Under the pieces are notes generated by a model. The model saw only the letters and a program-made list of their open reading frames with translations. It searched no databases and was not told the DNA's origin. Below are positions 12,361 to 27,275 of a DNA stretch of 64,000 bases, one piece after another. Within the stretch, counting starts at the first letter, position 1. Every line of letters begins with the position of its first letter. Both the position numbers and the translations under genes were made by a program. This DNA is from Octopus bimaculoides (lineage: Eukaryota), in the NCBI RefSeq assembly GCF_001194135.2, contig NC_068998.1, forward strand, positions 2,836,120-2,900,119, given 5' to 3'.

Positions 12361-13919
12361 TATTGTTATAATCACATCACTAACTTCAGAAAAACACTTC
12401 AAATATTAGCTGTCAGGACCCTACAACCTTCAAAACTTCCATGCTTCCTGAAATTTGCTCACCTGATACACACCTGATATCCACTCCACACCTTTTTCTT
12501 TTATGACTCATTCACCTTTTCCTGTGCTTTATTCTATGTCCTGGTTATGCACTTTTCTAGAGGGGTTATGGTGTACCAGAGCAGCACTGGATACAATAAG
12601 TTTATTTTTTTATAAAATGAGCAGAATGAAGTATAGAGACATCATGGATACTGTGATGGATGTGATATATATATATAGTGACATTATTGATACTGTGAGT
12701 GGTGTATTGTATAATGATATCATGGATGAAAGTTGGTGCTCCAGCATGGCCAAAACTAAAAATTATCTGTTGGGCTTCCACATAGTTTCCATCTACCCAA
12801 TTTGTTTTCAAGGTATGGGCTGCCTCAAGGTTATTAAAAAAATGATATTTTCCCAAACTACCATGTGCTTCAATTGAACCAAGGACCTCATAGGTGTGAT
12901 GCAAATTTCTTAACCACCAGCCCCATATATGCATATACTTATATAAATGGTGGAAAATCTAAGTTTGATGAAGACATCAGAAAATAGAAAATGAAGTGTC
13001 ATGTCTTAAGATCTATTCTGATCTTAACAGAGCATTGTCAGTGCCATTGAAAAGACAGATTCCAGACAAGTTCTCAAAGATTTCTCCAAGATTCTGTCAT
13101 GGACAGAAGTTCTTTGAGAAACATGGTAAAAATAAAACACATATACATGCACAATATATACATACACACACACACACACAAAGTCATTCCTTAAGTGGGG
13201 CTTTTTGCATACGAATTTACTTTTATTTTGTAATTTTTTTTTCTCCTGCCTGTTTTTATAATTTTATTTTTAACTCTTGTCATTTCTAACGCCACCACCA
13301 CCACAACCACCGCTGCCGCCGCCGCCGCCACCACCACCACCACCACCAACAACAACAACATCACAACCAACAATAACAACACTTACAAGAAGAAAAATGC
13401 TGACAAAATCATAACAACACAAACAGCAGTCTCATGAGAGAATGCAGTCACTACACATGCTAGAAAGAGCAGTCAGACATTCCACACCCTACAAGCTTAG
13501 ATAAGGAAAGACTGCATCAGTTAATACATTTAAAAAATAGGATGGTCATGATCGGATTGTCTTTGATCATCCATCTGTTTCACTGATGTTGACCTGGGGT
13601 TAAACAACAACATGACCAAAATTAGTCTCAAATTTTGGCACAAGGCCAGCAAGGCCATGCTCGAATGTTGTTTGTCAGGTACCACCGACACATGTGCTGG
13701 TAAGGTGACACTGGCAACGATCACACTCAGATGGTGCTTTCAATGTTCCGCGGGCACGAGCGCCAATCAGGCGGTACTGTCATCAGTCACGTCAGCAATT
13801 TTGATTTTGATTCCACTTGCCTCAACAGGTCTTCACAAGCAAGGTTTATTGTCCAATGAATGAGGGGTATTCATAAATGGGCTGGTCACACCCACTGGCA
13901 TAGGCCATGGGTTATGGTC

Positions 13920-14010
13920 TCACTTGGCTTGTCGGGTCTTCTCAAGCACAGCATATCTCCAAAGGTCCCAGTCACTAGTCACAGCCTCAGTATTGACAAA
14001 GTAATCTGAA
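13920..14010 (-). mobile_element. RTE-type LINE 3' fragment
   Basis: Reads TEAVTSDWDLWRYAVLEKTRQAK*, homologous to the 29978 copy. Confidence 0.6.
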
Positions 14011-15207
14011 TGCCAAAGGCTTAGCACCACCAACACAAAATCTCTATTATGACCACCACCAATGAAAACAAACATTACCACCACCACCACCATCACATAC
14101 ACACTGGTCATCACTAACACCACCAAAACACATCATCATCATCACCATGAACAACCTACAAAACTCTCTATGGCTACCAACATTAATTAATTACCATGAC
14201 CATCACAACAACAACAACAGCAGCATATATACCAGCCTCTACAGGTCACCATCAATACCATCACGACAACAACAACACTATACACACCTAAAAACAGTCA
14301 CCACCACCACCAACAACAGTACAACCAATAACAACTTCAACACCATTGCGACCACCACTGCCGCCATCATCAATATACACACTGACAAACACACCAGTCA
14401 CCAACCATCCCCACCACCACCACCATACATACACCTATCACCATCACACCTGCCCCCACCACCCACCACCATCGCATACCATTTTTCTAACCTCTTACGT
14501 CACAATTTCTATCATCTCAAAAGATTCTATTTATTTATTTTTGACTGTTCATTCTTCAAAACTCTTCAGATGTCAATTCAGCACCGTTTCGAGAGATAAC
14601 CTTCGACAATGGCAAGTTGTCGTCAGATCAGGAACAGAACAACACTTTAACCATTCTCGCAGACAACAGAAGCAGCAAGAAGAATGAGAGATAAAAATTA
14701 TCAGTCAATTCTTGGAAAAGAAAAACAAAACAAGAAAAATAATAAGTCTAAAGTAAAAATAAATAAAAATAAAATTAAACCATATAAATAAATAAAAAGT
14801 AAAAGAAAGAAATAAAAGTTTTTGTATTTGGTTTGTAGGATTTTTTATGTGAACTTATGTGTTAAAACATATTTTGTTGCATCTTGGGGTGGGTTGCTAT
14901 GCCAGTAAACACATGCACTGGTTCTATTTCACTTCCTTCATTATTATTAGTCAATTTACCTTTATGTTCTGAGTTCAAATACTGCCAAGGTCAATTTTGC
15001 CTATCATCCATTCAAATTTCCCCAAGGATGAGATGCTAGTCTCTCACTCCCAGTCTGTCTAAACAGTGGCAAGATGAATGGTTGAATGGATAAGGCATTG
15101 GTTTGCCTAATCAGAGGCCTTGAGTTCAATTCAACTGTTGGTGCTTCATTGCTTTTTATCCTGTGCAAAACAATTTATTCTTAATTATTTCAATCCAGCT
15201 AGCTCTT

Positions 15208-15385
15208 AATAGGTAGCACCAGATCACCTGTGACTAACGAAAATTACCCATCAACAGGTACCACCAGATCAACTGTGACAGACCAGTATTACCTCAGTCC
15301 ATCTAGTTGTCAACAGGTACCACCAGACCACAGATGACAAACGTTATCTCAGTCTACATGGCCATTAACAGGTGCCATCATCTGT
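15208..15385. repeat. Degenerate ~55 bp minisatellite
   Basis: Recurrent caacaggtaccaccagatca.ctgtgac at about 15210, 15251, 15310 and 15366. Confidence 0.55.
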
Positions 15386-17198
15386 ATGTGTGCTCATATA
15401 ACGGATAACCAACATAGTACACAAAAGCATTATTCTTCTCCATATTCTATCCACAAGACTGTGGCCATGCTACAGCACCACCTTCACACAGATGCACGTG
15501 TGTGTGTGTGTGCGTACCTATATACAAACACAAGAAGGGGGCATAACCAATATCTATATCACATTTAACAATGCATTATATATATATATATACATATANN
15601 NNNNNNNNNNNNNNNNNNNNNNNNNNNNNNNNNNNNNNNNNNNNNNNNNNNNNNNNNNNNNNNNNNNNNNNNNNNNNNNNNNNNNNNNNNNNNNNNNNNN
15701 NNNNNNNNNNNNNNNNNNNNNNNNNNNNNNNNNNNNNNNNNNNNNNNNNNNNNNNNNNNNNNNNNNNNNNNNNNNNNNNNNNNNNNNNNNNNNNNNNNNN
15801 NNNNNNNNNNNNNNNNNNNNNNNNNNNNNNNNNNNNNNNNNNNNNNNNNNNNNNNNNNNNNNNNNNNNNNNNNNNNNNNNNNNNNNNNNNNNNNNNNNNN
15901 NNNNNNNNNNNNNNNNNNNNNNNNNNNNNNNNNNNNNNNNNNNNNNNNNNNNNNNNNNNNNNNNNNNNNNNNNNNNNNNNNNNNNNNNNNNNNNNNNNNN
16001 NNNNNNNNNNNNNNNNNNNNNNNNNNNNNNNNNNNNNNNNNNNNNNNNNNNNNNNNNNNNNNNNNNNNNNNNNNNNNNNNNNNNNNNNNNNNNNNNNNNN
16101 NNNNNNNNNNNNNNNNNNNNNNNNNNNNNNNNNNNNNNNNNNNNNNNNNNNNNNNNNNNNNNNNNNNNNNNNNNNNNNNNNNNNNNNNNNNNNNNNNNNN
16201 NNNNNNNNNNNNNNNNNNNNNNNNNNNNNNNNNNNNNNNNNNNNNNNNNNNNNNNNNNNNNNNNNNNNNNNNNNNNNNNNNNNNNNNNNNNNNNNNNNNN
16301 NNNNNNNNNNNNNNNNNNNNNNNNNNNNNNNNNNNNNNNNNNNNNNNNNNNNNNNNNNNNNNNNNNNNNNNNNNNNNNNNNNNNNNNNNNNNNNNNNNNN
16401 NNNNNNNNNNNNNNNNNNNNNNNNNNNNNNNNNNNNNNNNNNNNNNNNNNNNNNNNNNNNNNNNNNNNNNNNNNNNNNNNNNNNNNNNNNNNNNNNNNNN
16501 NNNNNNNNNNNNNNNNNNNNNNNNNNNNNATATATACATATGTATATATATAGATAGTTAGATCTGACTTTGAGCCTGTACCAATAAGTGTGCCTTTATC
16601 TGGTTGCTGGACATGCTAGAACTAGCAGCCAAATTTACTCTCTTGCTAAAATAAAAGGAAGGACAGATTCGATAATTTGGTCCTGGATAGTGTACATTTA
16701 AAAACAACTGGATGGTCATGGCTGGGATGTCTTTCAACATTACACCTGCTCTAATCGGACTGACCAGAGCACAACAACAACCACATCAAGAGTAAAGCAT
16801 AAAGATTAAAGAAACAACATGATAGTCTGAGTGACAAGTTTGAAAATCACACATGTCATTTTGATAATTTTAATTTTTTTAAAAGATAACTAATTACAGA
16901 CATTCTTACCCAGATCGGTAAATTAGAGTTAAACTTAACCACAGCATCATTTATTAAGGAAAACCTAATCAAAAACTGCGCGTAATTACGTGAAAAAGGC
17001 TTCTTTTGAAGTGGCAATTAGGTCAAATACAGGAGTTTAGCGAAAAGAAGTTTCTTTCGCTGTTTCTTGTAGGTCAGCATGGGCTGTCTTTTCAACTCAT
17101 TGGACACGTCCTAACTATATCTATTGACAGACAGATATACATACATTTCTCTGAAGGCCTGTGTGTATGTGTGTGGTATAACTACAGATTCCTGCCCA

Positions 17199-17413
17199 CC
17201 CCCGACTTTGAATGATCAGAACTTTCAGAAAAATGGATATTTTTTCATGAAATTTTCTACGAATATGCGTTATATCATGTAGATTGCGAATATGCAAATA
17301 CAGATTTCCCCCATAAGTATATTCAGAATCTATACGATATAACACATATCCGTAGAAAATTTCATGATAAAATATCCATTTTTCTGAAAGTTATGATCAT
17401 CCAAAGTTGAGGG
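17199..17413. mobile_element. Foldback/MITE element with ~95 bp arms
   Basis: 17199-17293 vs 17319-17413 are reverse complements with about 11 mismatches in 95 and a 25 nt spacer. Related single arm at about 44125-44230 and short match at about 34640-34657. Confidence 0.75.
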
Positions 17414-17529
17414 GGGGGGGGNNNNNNNNNNNNNNNNNNNNNNNNNNNNNNNNNNNNNNNNNNNNNNNNNNNNNNNNNNNNNNNNNNNNNNNNNNNNNNN
17501 NNNNNNNNNNNNNNNNNNNNNNNNNNNNN

Positions 17530-17574
<45 letters not shown>

Positions 17575-19142
17575 CGCAGAGGCATTGCGATACGAATAAC
17601 CCAGTGGTTAGAAAGTCAATATACACATCCCCCCCACACATCTTTGTAAATATATACACGTATATACATTAACGAGTTTGGTAGAGCAAACAGGAGAAAT
17701 ATCTATTCAATACAAGCGTGCATATGTTTGTTTGTTTGTTTGTTTTAATATTTCTTTTAATCAGCAGAAAGTTACTAAAATGAATAAGGGATCGAGAAAC
17801 CGTGCAACACATTTTACATGAGACATACAATTATATACTGCTACCTGGACACGTTCTCGACATGTATCTCATACACACACTGTATATACATATACATATA
17901 TATATTTATGTATATACATATTTGTGTGTGTGCGTGTTTATACAGTCATTCTTTCACTAGTGTCTCCACAACTCCACAGAATTCTAAACAATCTAACATG
18001 TGTCTATTGTGGACTTGACCTCAACAAAACAACCGTTGGAGAAGGAGGCGGGGCAGATGGAGGAGGAGGAGATGGCCCCCCCCCAACAGCATAACATGAC
18101 AAACACATTCTACTACCATTGATGTGTGTGTATGTGTGAGAATATATGTATGCATGTGTTTGTGTGTGTGTGTATGTGTGGAGTGTTGATTGTTAGGCGT
18201 GTGTGAGCATGCTGCAGAAATCTTTTGAAAACGGTGGATATTGTATACACAACTTCAAGCACAATGAATGTGTATGTGTGTGTTATATGTAAATGTGTGT
18301 GTGTTGTATATATGTCNNNNNNNNNNNNNNNNNNNNNNNNNNNNNNNNNNNNNNNNNNNNNNNNNNNNNNNNNNNNNNNNNNNNNNNNNNNNNNNNNNNN
18401 NNNNNNNNNNNNNNNNNNNNNNNNNNNNNNNNNNNNNNNNNNNNNNNNNNNNNNNNNNNNNNNNNNNNNNNNNNNNNNNNNNNNNNNNNNNNNNNNNNNN
18501 NNNNNNNNNNNNNNNNNNNNNNNNNNNNNNNNNNNNNNNNNNNNNNNNNNNNNNNNNNNNNNNNNNNNNNNNNNNNNNNNNNNNNNNNNNNNNNNNNNNN
18601 NNNNNNNNNNNNNNNNNNNNNNNNNNNNNNNNNNNNNNNNNNNNNNNNNNNNNNNNNNNNNNNNNNNNNNNNNNNNNNNNNNNNNNNNNNNNNNNNNNNN
18701 NNNNNNNNNNNNNNNNNNNNNNNNNNNNNNNNNNNNNNNNNNNNNNNNNNNNNNNNNNNNNNNNNNNNNNNNNNNNNNNNNNNNNNNNNNNNNNNNNNNN
18801 NNNNNNNNNNNNNNNNNNNNNNNNNNNNNNNNNNNNNNNNNNNNNNNNNNNNNNNNNNNNNNNNNNNNNNNNNNNNNNNNNNNNNNNNNNNNNNNNNNNN
18901 NNNNNNNNNNNNNNNNNNNNNNNNNNNNNNNNNNNNNNNNNNNNNNNNNNNNNNNNNNNNNNNNNNNNNNNNNNNNNNNNNNNNNNNNNNNNNNNNNNNN
19001 NNNNNNNNNNNNNNNNNNNNNNNNNNNNNNNNNNNNNNNNNNNNNNNNNNNNNNNNNNNNNNNNNNNNNNNNNNNNNNNNNNNNNNNNNNNNNNNNNNNN
19101 NNNNNNNNNNNNNNNNNNNNNNNNNNNNNNNNNNNNNNNNNN

Positions 19143-20295
19143 CGTGTTACTCACATTGTACACATTTATATACACAACCTTATTGTCATTTCGCATATAT
19201 ACACACATCGTCTTGTTTACGTTACAAACCTACATACATGAAGACATACATACATACACACACATACATACATATACACACAGGTCTGCTGACACAACAC
19301 ACACCTATATAAATTACATACACACACTGTTTACATTTCATACACATATACACACGTACAGTTTACACAGCATAAACACACACACCTACACATACACACA
19401 CACGTATACATTTTACTCACATGTGTACATTAATACATATAGTCATTCATTCATACGTACTCAAATACAAACACAGGTGCGTATATATGTATATGAATGC
19501 GCACACACATACTGTTTGCATTACACAGCCATAAATACATATACTTAATGTTGACTACACACATACACACTATATATACCCGCGCGCTCTGAAATACACA
19601 GTTGCACTCCCGTGAAACCATCATTCTCTCCTAACAACCCGTATATGCCCACCCCTTCAGACATCAACCTTAAGATATTTCAAACTTAAAACCTCAACTG
19701 TCTTCGTTTCACTCGTCTGGGAAAGTCTGCCAAGGTCAAGGACATTGCTCCTCCCCTCGGGCTTTTGTTTAATTCATTACAAACTAATATTGTTGAGAAT
19801 GTATATACATATGTTGCATATATAAATTACACCCACATATCCGTATATACAACCTCCTGACATTGCACATACATACACACTTATTTACATCACGCATACA
19901 GTCTGCTTACAATACATACACACATACATATATATATACACACATACATTTTGCTTACACTGCACATACATACCTATACAACTTGTTTACATTGCACACA
20001 TACATACACACTCCTTACTGACATTGCACACACATGCACATACAACTTACATACACACACACAAGCATCCATTGCAGATTCAACACACAAACACCTGCTT
20101 TCATTGTACACATATATACACACTTTAGGCACATATATACACAGCACTTACTTACAATTCAAGGCTTATACCATGTATTCGTGCACATATACACACCTTG
20201 TTTACACTGCACACATATACAATCACTTTTTGCTCACATTACAAACATATACACACATCCTATTAACATTACACATATCTTTACATACATTCACT
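19143..20295. repeat. Degenerate (CA/TACA)n satellite with gtttacattgcacacatatac subunits
   Basis: Directly visible; interrupted by a ~230 bp complex island at about 19570-19800. Confidence 0.75.
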
Positions 20296-21255
20296 CTGAA
20301 GTAGAGGGCACGTCTGGACACCCTGGCTGTATTGCTAGTACTCCTCAAAGAATCTCACTGAATATCGTAGAATATATATATATATATACACACATCTATA
20401 CATAGCATTTTTAATATAGAAACGTGTGTTCTCTAGTTTATTATAATTTTAAAATTTAAACACCAATGAGCCCCGTGGTAGATGTATATATAATATATCA
20501 CGGGGTATATATATATATATATATATATGGCTGGAAGTGGCTCGAATTGGTACTGCATATGTACCACCACACCCTCGTTTAAAATACATGTACTCGGACG
20601 GAGACAAGACTACACCTCACAAGACATTGGGTGTATGTATGTGTGTGTATGTATATATAGATAGATAGATACATACATACATACACACCGTTAACGTTAT
20701 CAATTGTCCAGTGTACCCGGATATCTTCTGAATTTTCAGTAATATTTATGTCGTTGAGATTTTAATCACTCGCATTAGATTTGTTTGAGACTAGCAAGTC
20801 ACCCACCCACATATATATACACCCAACGTATATGTACACATCATAGACGCATTCAGAAAACTGACAAACCTTTTCAAATATTCACACACAAAAAAGACAT
20901 TTAAATCTCTATCACACGCATACATACACAGAACAACATTGATTTTCACACATACGCTATAAGACAACATTTAAAACTCTCTCACATACATACACACACA
21001 TGACAACATTCAAATTTTTCATACACACTGACAAACACATTTGCCTTTTGATTAAACTCACTAACACACCTGTATTATACGCATAACTACAAATGCACGT
21101 ATTCACACATACGTCAGTTATTACACACACACACGTGTGTGTGTATGTGTGTATTTATGTATATGTATACTTCACTTCTTAATTAGGCCTTCTTATCAAG
21201 TTTTATTAATTAAAGGTTTCTTTTAATAATAATGTTTTCAATACATAAACACACA

Positions 21256-21291
<36 letters not shown>

Positions 21292-23829
21292 NNNNNNNNN
21301 NNNNNNNNNNNNNNNNNNNNNNNNNNNNNNNNNNNNNNNNNNNNNNNNNNNNNNNNNNNNNNNNNNNNNNNNNNNNNNNNNNNNNNNNNNNNNNNNNNNN
21401 NNNNNNNNNNNNNNNNNNNNNNNNNNNNNNNNNNNNNNNNNNNNNNNNNNNNNNNNNNNNNNNNNNNNNNNNNNNNNNNNNNNNNNNNNNNNNNNNNNNN
21501 NNNNNNNNNNNNNNNNNNNNNNNNNNNNNNNNNNNNNNNNNNNNNNNNNNNNNNNNNNNNNNNNNNNNNNNNNNNNNNNNNNNNNNNNNNNNNNNNNNNN
21601 NNNNNNNNNNNNNNNNNNNNNNNNNNNNNNNNNNNNNNNNNNNNNNNNNNNNNNNNNNNNNNNNNNNNNNNNNNNNNNNNNNNNNNNNNNNNNNNNNNNN
21701 NNNNNNNNNNNNNNNNNNNNNNNNNNNNNNNNNNNNNNNNNNNNNNNNNNNNNNNNNNNNNNNNNNNNNNNNNNNNNNNNNNNNNNNNNNNNNNNNNNNN
21801 NNNNNNNNNNNNNNNNNNNNNNNNNNNNNNNNNNNNNNNNNNNNNNNNNNNNNNNNNNNNNNNNNNNNNNNNNNNNNNNNNNNNNNNNNNNNNNNNNNNN
21901 NNNNNNNNNNNNNNNNNNNNNNNNNNNNNNNNNNNNNNNNNNNNNNNNNNNNNNNNNNNNNNNNNNNNNNNNNNNNNNNNNNNNNNNNNNNNNNNNNNNN
22001 NNNNNNNNNNNNNNNNNNNNNNNNNNNNNNNNNNNNNNNNNNNNNNNNNNNNNNNNNNNNNNNNNNNNNNNNNNNNNNNNNNNNNNNNNNNNNNNNNNNN
22101 NNNNNNNNNNNNNNNNNNNNNNNNNNNNNNNNNNNNNNNNNNNNNNNNNNNNNNNNNNNNNNNNNNNNNNNNNNNNNNNNNNNNNNNNNNNNNNNNNNNN
22201 NNNNNNNNNNNNATATATATATATATAGTTTTAGGGAAAATAACCAATTTTCAAGAACTCATCGATGAAAATCCACTATCACATATAGAAAATTAATATG
22301 TGTGTGTGTGTGTGTGTGAGTGTCTATATATATATATATATGTGGCTGTATAAGTTCCACAAACCCTATAACACATTTTCAAGAAAAATTATAAATTTAC
22401 ACATTCACACACATATGTATCTATCATGGGATATGTGTATGTATATAAATATATATACACACAAGCTAATTGCTAGTGTGTTGTGTATATATGGCCAAGT
22501 AGATATATTATTTTGTAAGAAACTCTTGTTGTAATGTTTGTCTTCATTGACTCCTTGTGGCAAATGGATTGTTACATAATGATAATTAACATTATTATTG
22601 CCATGACCACCAGGATTATTGCTTCCAATATGACTACTACTAGATATGTGATAATGTATATACATAACACACTAACAAAATGTCAATATAAACAGAAAAC
22701 ACACATATACACTCTCTCACGCATACATTACATAAATATGGATACAAACAGAGACATTATACGCATGTATGAGTATATATAACTTTGTATACACAGACAC
22801 ACACACACACACACAAATGGGCTTGTATATACTTCTGTAGATAGATATACACACATGAATGTATGTATATAACAAAATGTCAATATAAACAGAATACACA
22901 CATATACACTCACTCATACAGACATCCATTACATGCATAAGTATATATATATATACAGAAACACATATATATATGTGGATAGATAGATAGATAGATAGAT
23001 AGGTAGATAGATAGATAGATAGATAGAAAGAAAGATGGATGGCTATATATATATATATATATATATACATATATATACTGTTCCAAGTGTATATAAAGTT
23101 TCTTACCTGATTCGTGTAATATTTCTCCAGATCGGAAGGGAATAGAGTAGCCAACATATATAATATGTAGATATATATATATATATATATATGNNNNNNN
23201 NNNNNNNNNNNNNNNNNNNNNNNNNNNNNNNNNNNNNNNNNNNNNNNNNNNNNNNNNNNNNNNNNNNNNNNNNNNNNNNNNNNNNNNNNNNNNNNNNNNN
23301 NNNNNNNNNNNNNNNNNNNNNNNNNNNNNNNNNNNNNNNNNNNNNNNNNNNNNNNNNNNNNNNNNNNNNNNNNNNNNNNNNNNNNNNNNNNNNNNNNNNN
23401 NNNNNNNNNNNNNNNNNNNNNNNNNNNNNNNNNNNNNNNNNNNNNNNNNNNNNNNNNNNNNNNNNNNNNNNNNNNNNNNNNNNNNNNNNNNNNNNNTTAT
23501 TATTATTATTGTTGTAGGTGGTTGGCGCACTGGTTAATGTACATCACTAAACAGCAGTCCTTCTCTCTCTCACACATATATGGTTAATTAGTCACAATAT
23601 TAAGGCAATTTTGTTAATATTCCGCCATAATTTTAATTGACTTTCTTCGCTCCTGTTCTTCGGTTTCCCCCCCGTTTTTCTTTGCTCAATTTTGCGGCAC
23701 CACCGTCACTGCTGCTTCTGTTGTTGTTGTTGTTGTTGCTGTCGTCGTAGTTTGTGGTGGTGGTGGTGGTGGTGGTCGTCGTCGTCGTGGTTCTCTCCAA
23801 CCCATCTCACCTGTGCCAGGTAAGACAAA

Positions 23830-24860
23830 TCTCACCCATTCTCTTTGTCTTTCTCTTTCTTTCACTCACGCTCACCCTTTTCGCCTTACTCTTCCCCGTC
23901 TTTTACTCTCTGTATCTCTCTTCCTTTCACCCTCTATCTCTACCACCTCCTTCTCTGTCTCATACACTTTCTAATCACCCTTCCTCTTATATCTCTCTCC
24001 CTTTACCGCTCTCATTTCACCCCCCCTTTCTTTTTCATTTACCCTTTCTCTTATACTTTACTCTTCTCTCACTCTCTCACGTCACATCTTGTCTTCCGAG
24101 CTTTCCCTTCCACTTGTATTTCTCACTCTCACTCATTTCACCCTCTCTCTGTCCAGCTCACCTTTCTCACTGACGTCTCTTTTCTCTCTTACACACATTT
24201 CACACCCCCTCTCTGTAACTTAACCTTTCTCTTGTACCTCTCTCTTCCTCCCCCTCTCTCTCTATCTCACACACATCACACCCTCTCTTTCTAGCTTTCT
24301 CTCTTTCATTATACTTCCGTCATAAACTTCTCTCCATTTTACCATTTCTTCTTCCTTTACCTAATTCTCTTTCTGTTTCATTTCATTCGATATTTCTTTT
24401 CCCTCTGTTTCTCTGTCTCTCTATATCTCTCTCTTTCTCTGTCTCTCTACTTTGTTTTTACCTTTCTATATTTTCCTTTTTACCTCTCTCTACCTATCAT
24501 TTATTTTCTATTTCTTTCACTTCTTTTCTTCATCCCTTTCTCTCTATATATTTCTCTCTCTCTCTCTTTACCTCTATTTCTCATTCATTACTTTCAAATA
24601 TTTTCTTCTTTCAGCCTTTTTCTTTCTTTTTCTTCTCCTCTCCCTCCCACTCTAGTTTTCATCTTAACTCTCTCCTCCTCCGTCCTTCCTCATTCTCTCC
24701 CTCTCGCTATCTTTCTCTGCTCACCACTCTTTCTTTTCCTCTCTACCTTTCTCTCATCTCTACCTCTCCCCTATTTTTACTATCCGTCTCTCTTTTCTCC
24801 TATCTCTATTTCCCCTTGTAGTTCTCCCACCCTCACTCTTCTCCTCATTCATTTCACACT
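23830..24860. repeat. ~1 kb polypyrimidine (CT-rich) low-complexity tract
   Basis: Directly visible. Confidence 0.9.
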
Positions 24861-27076
24861 CTGGTGCATTCACAAAACGAAACGAACCGCGTCCACACCG
24901 AAACGAAAAGATCATATAAATTTACTGAATGAACCAAGATCTACACAGCAGCAACAACAACAACAACCATACGATGCACTCAGCTGATAATGCTGCTCTG
25001 CAAAACACCACCTCGGTGACTGCAACGATTGCTCTTACAATAACAACAACAACAACAACTGAAACGAACCAACTCGGGACCCGCTATGCGGTCACTGGAC
25101 CAGCTAAAAATAGAAGTCAAATCTCTCCCATGTCTCATTCTACCGTCTCGGGAGAAGAAAAAATCATATTGGATAACCGTAGCCTGATGTAGTCCTTTAA
25201 AAGATGGGATGGTCGTAACTGGAATGCTTTGGTCATGGGGCCAAATCACAAGATCACCGGATCTCTTGGGGTGGGGGTGGGGTTATGTTGGCTACCTTAC
25301 TCCCGCACAGTTTGTGTCTAGGTCATATTTAGGTGTGTGTGTGTGTACTACGGACATGTGATTTGAATGCTACAGGAGGCCTAGGGGTGTCAGTTGACTG
25401 CGCCTGGGAATCCACCTGAAAATGTGATGACGGTTGCTTCTCATAAGACCCTGTAGAGGAGGTGCCTGAGAACTACCCACCAAAATCCTTACAGAAATAC
25501 TGGGCAGAGAAAATGGATATATATATGTGTGGTGGGGGTATGTATGTATGATATTCTTTTGGTGTATGACTACAATTTGAAAGAGGAAATATTAACAAAT
25601 TTCGGTAATGTGCACGAGGATGTGTCAAAGAGGCATCCATCCTACACTATTTTTGCACTTTTTCGTTTTTATTTTCATTTTTTTATTTTCGTTTTTTTTT
25701 TTTTCAAAGAATTTCTTCAGAGTCCTGTGTATTAAAAGCCAGGGATTGCGATTTTGCAAAAAAAAACAAAAGAAAGAAAAGAAAAATATATATATATAAC
25801 AAGAAAAAAAATAAGAAAGAAAAGGGGAAAAAAGGTTTTCAAAGACATTTAATTCCTCTACAAAACAGATTTCTTTTTTTTCATTTTTGTTTCTTAATCT
25901 TTTTTTTTTTTTGGAGTTGAGGCATTGAGGGTGAAATTTGGGGTGGAATTCCATGTTTAAAACATGGAGAGTCTTGTGTTGAGGTTTTTTTTTTCATGTT
26001 TCAAAGTTTCAGTGCCAATTCCTTATGACATTTTACCAATTTCAATCAGAGATTATTATTCTAAACAATGTCATATGTGTGTGTGTGTGTGTGTGTGTGT
26101 GAGAGAATATATATATATACAGAGAGAGAGAAAGAGAGAGTTAGAGAGAGATAATCACACACACACACATAGATATATGTACATACATACATATATATAT
26201 GTGTGTGTATATCCACTCACACACACATATACATACTGACACTTATATGGAAGACTGGGATAAACTGCTCATTCCAAAATATGTATTCCATTGTTTCTTC
26301 ACATATATTTTATTAAAAAAATATATTTTACTTCTATACATTTAAAAAAAAAATGTTCCTCTCCCTCTTTTTCAACCACTCTTCCTCTCTCTCTCACTAT
26401 ATATATATATGTGTGTGTGTGTATGTATATATTACATAATTGAATTGTATATATAATGCATGCAATAAATATAATATATACTGCATATATTATATATAAT
26501 GTATATAATACATACACACATGTATATCTATGTATGTATATATGTGTGTATGTATGCAATGCATAAATTTAATATATTACAACTGTTTAAAAAGTTTTCC
26601 TTTAAACAGAAGCTTCTCTGTATGTATATAACAGTATAGTAAATATACATACATAATGCATATCATATGTATAATTCACACACTATATTACACATATAAT
26701 ATATCTATACATATATATATATATTATACATGTATATAGATATCTAGTATCTATAGGCACAAGGCCTGAAATTTTGGGGGAGGGGGCCAGTCGATCACAT
26801 CGTCCCCAGTACGCAACTGATACTTAATTTATCGCCCCCCCCCTAAAAGGATGAAAGGCAAAGTCAACCTCAGCAGATGCATTATGTATCACAACATGTA
26901 TTTATACATGTGTGTGTGTGTATTATATATGCAGCATATATATATAGATATTACATAAGTATAATGTGTATATTTATATCACACACACACACATATATGT
27001 ATATATACATATATGCATGTACACATACATGTGTATATATATCTATATACATGTATATTGTATATTCTTGTATATG

Positions 27077-27146
<70 letters not shown>

Positions 27147-27244
27147 CATACATATATATACACATACATATATATACATAATCACATGTACTAGATATAT
27201 ATATACATATTATGTATGCAATGCATATATATCAAATACATATA

Positions 27245-27275
<31 letters not shown>

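Noticed and set aside
22674-22960. ~197 bp-spaced direct repeat (aacaaaatgtcaatataaacagaa..cacacatatacactc)
   Set aside because: An ordinary local duplication within low-complexity sequence.
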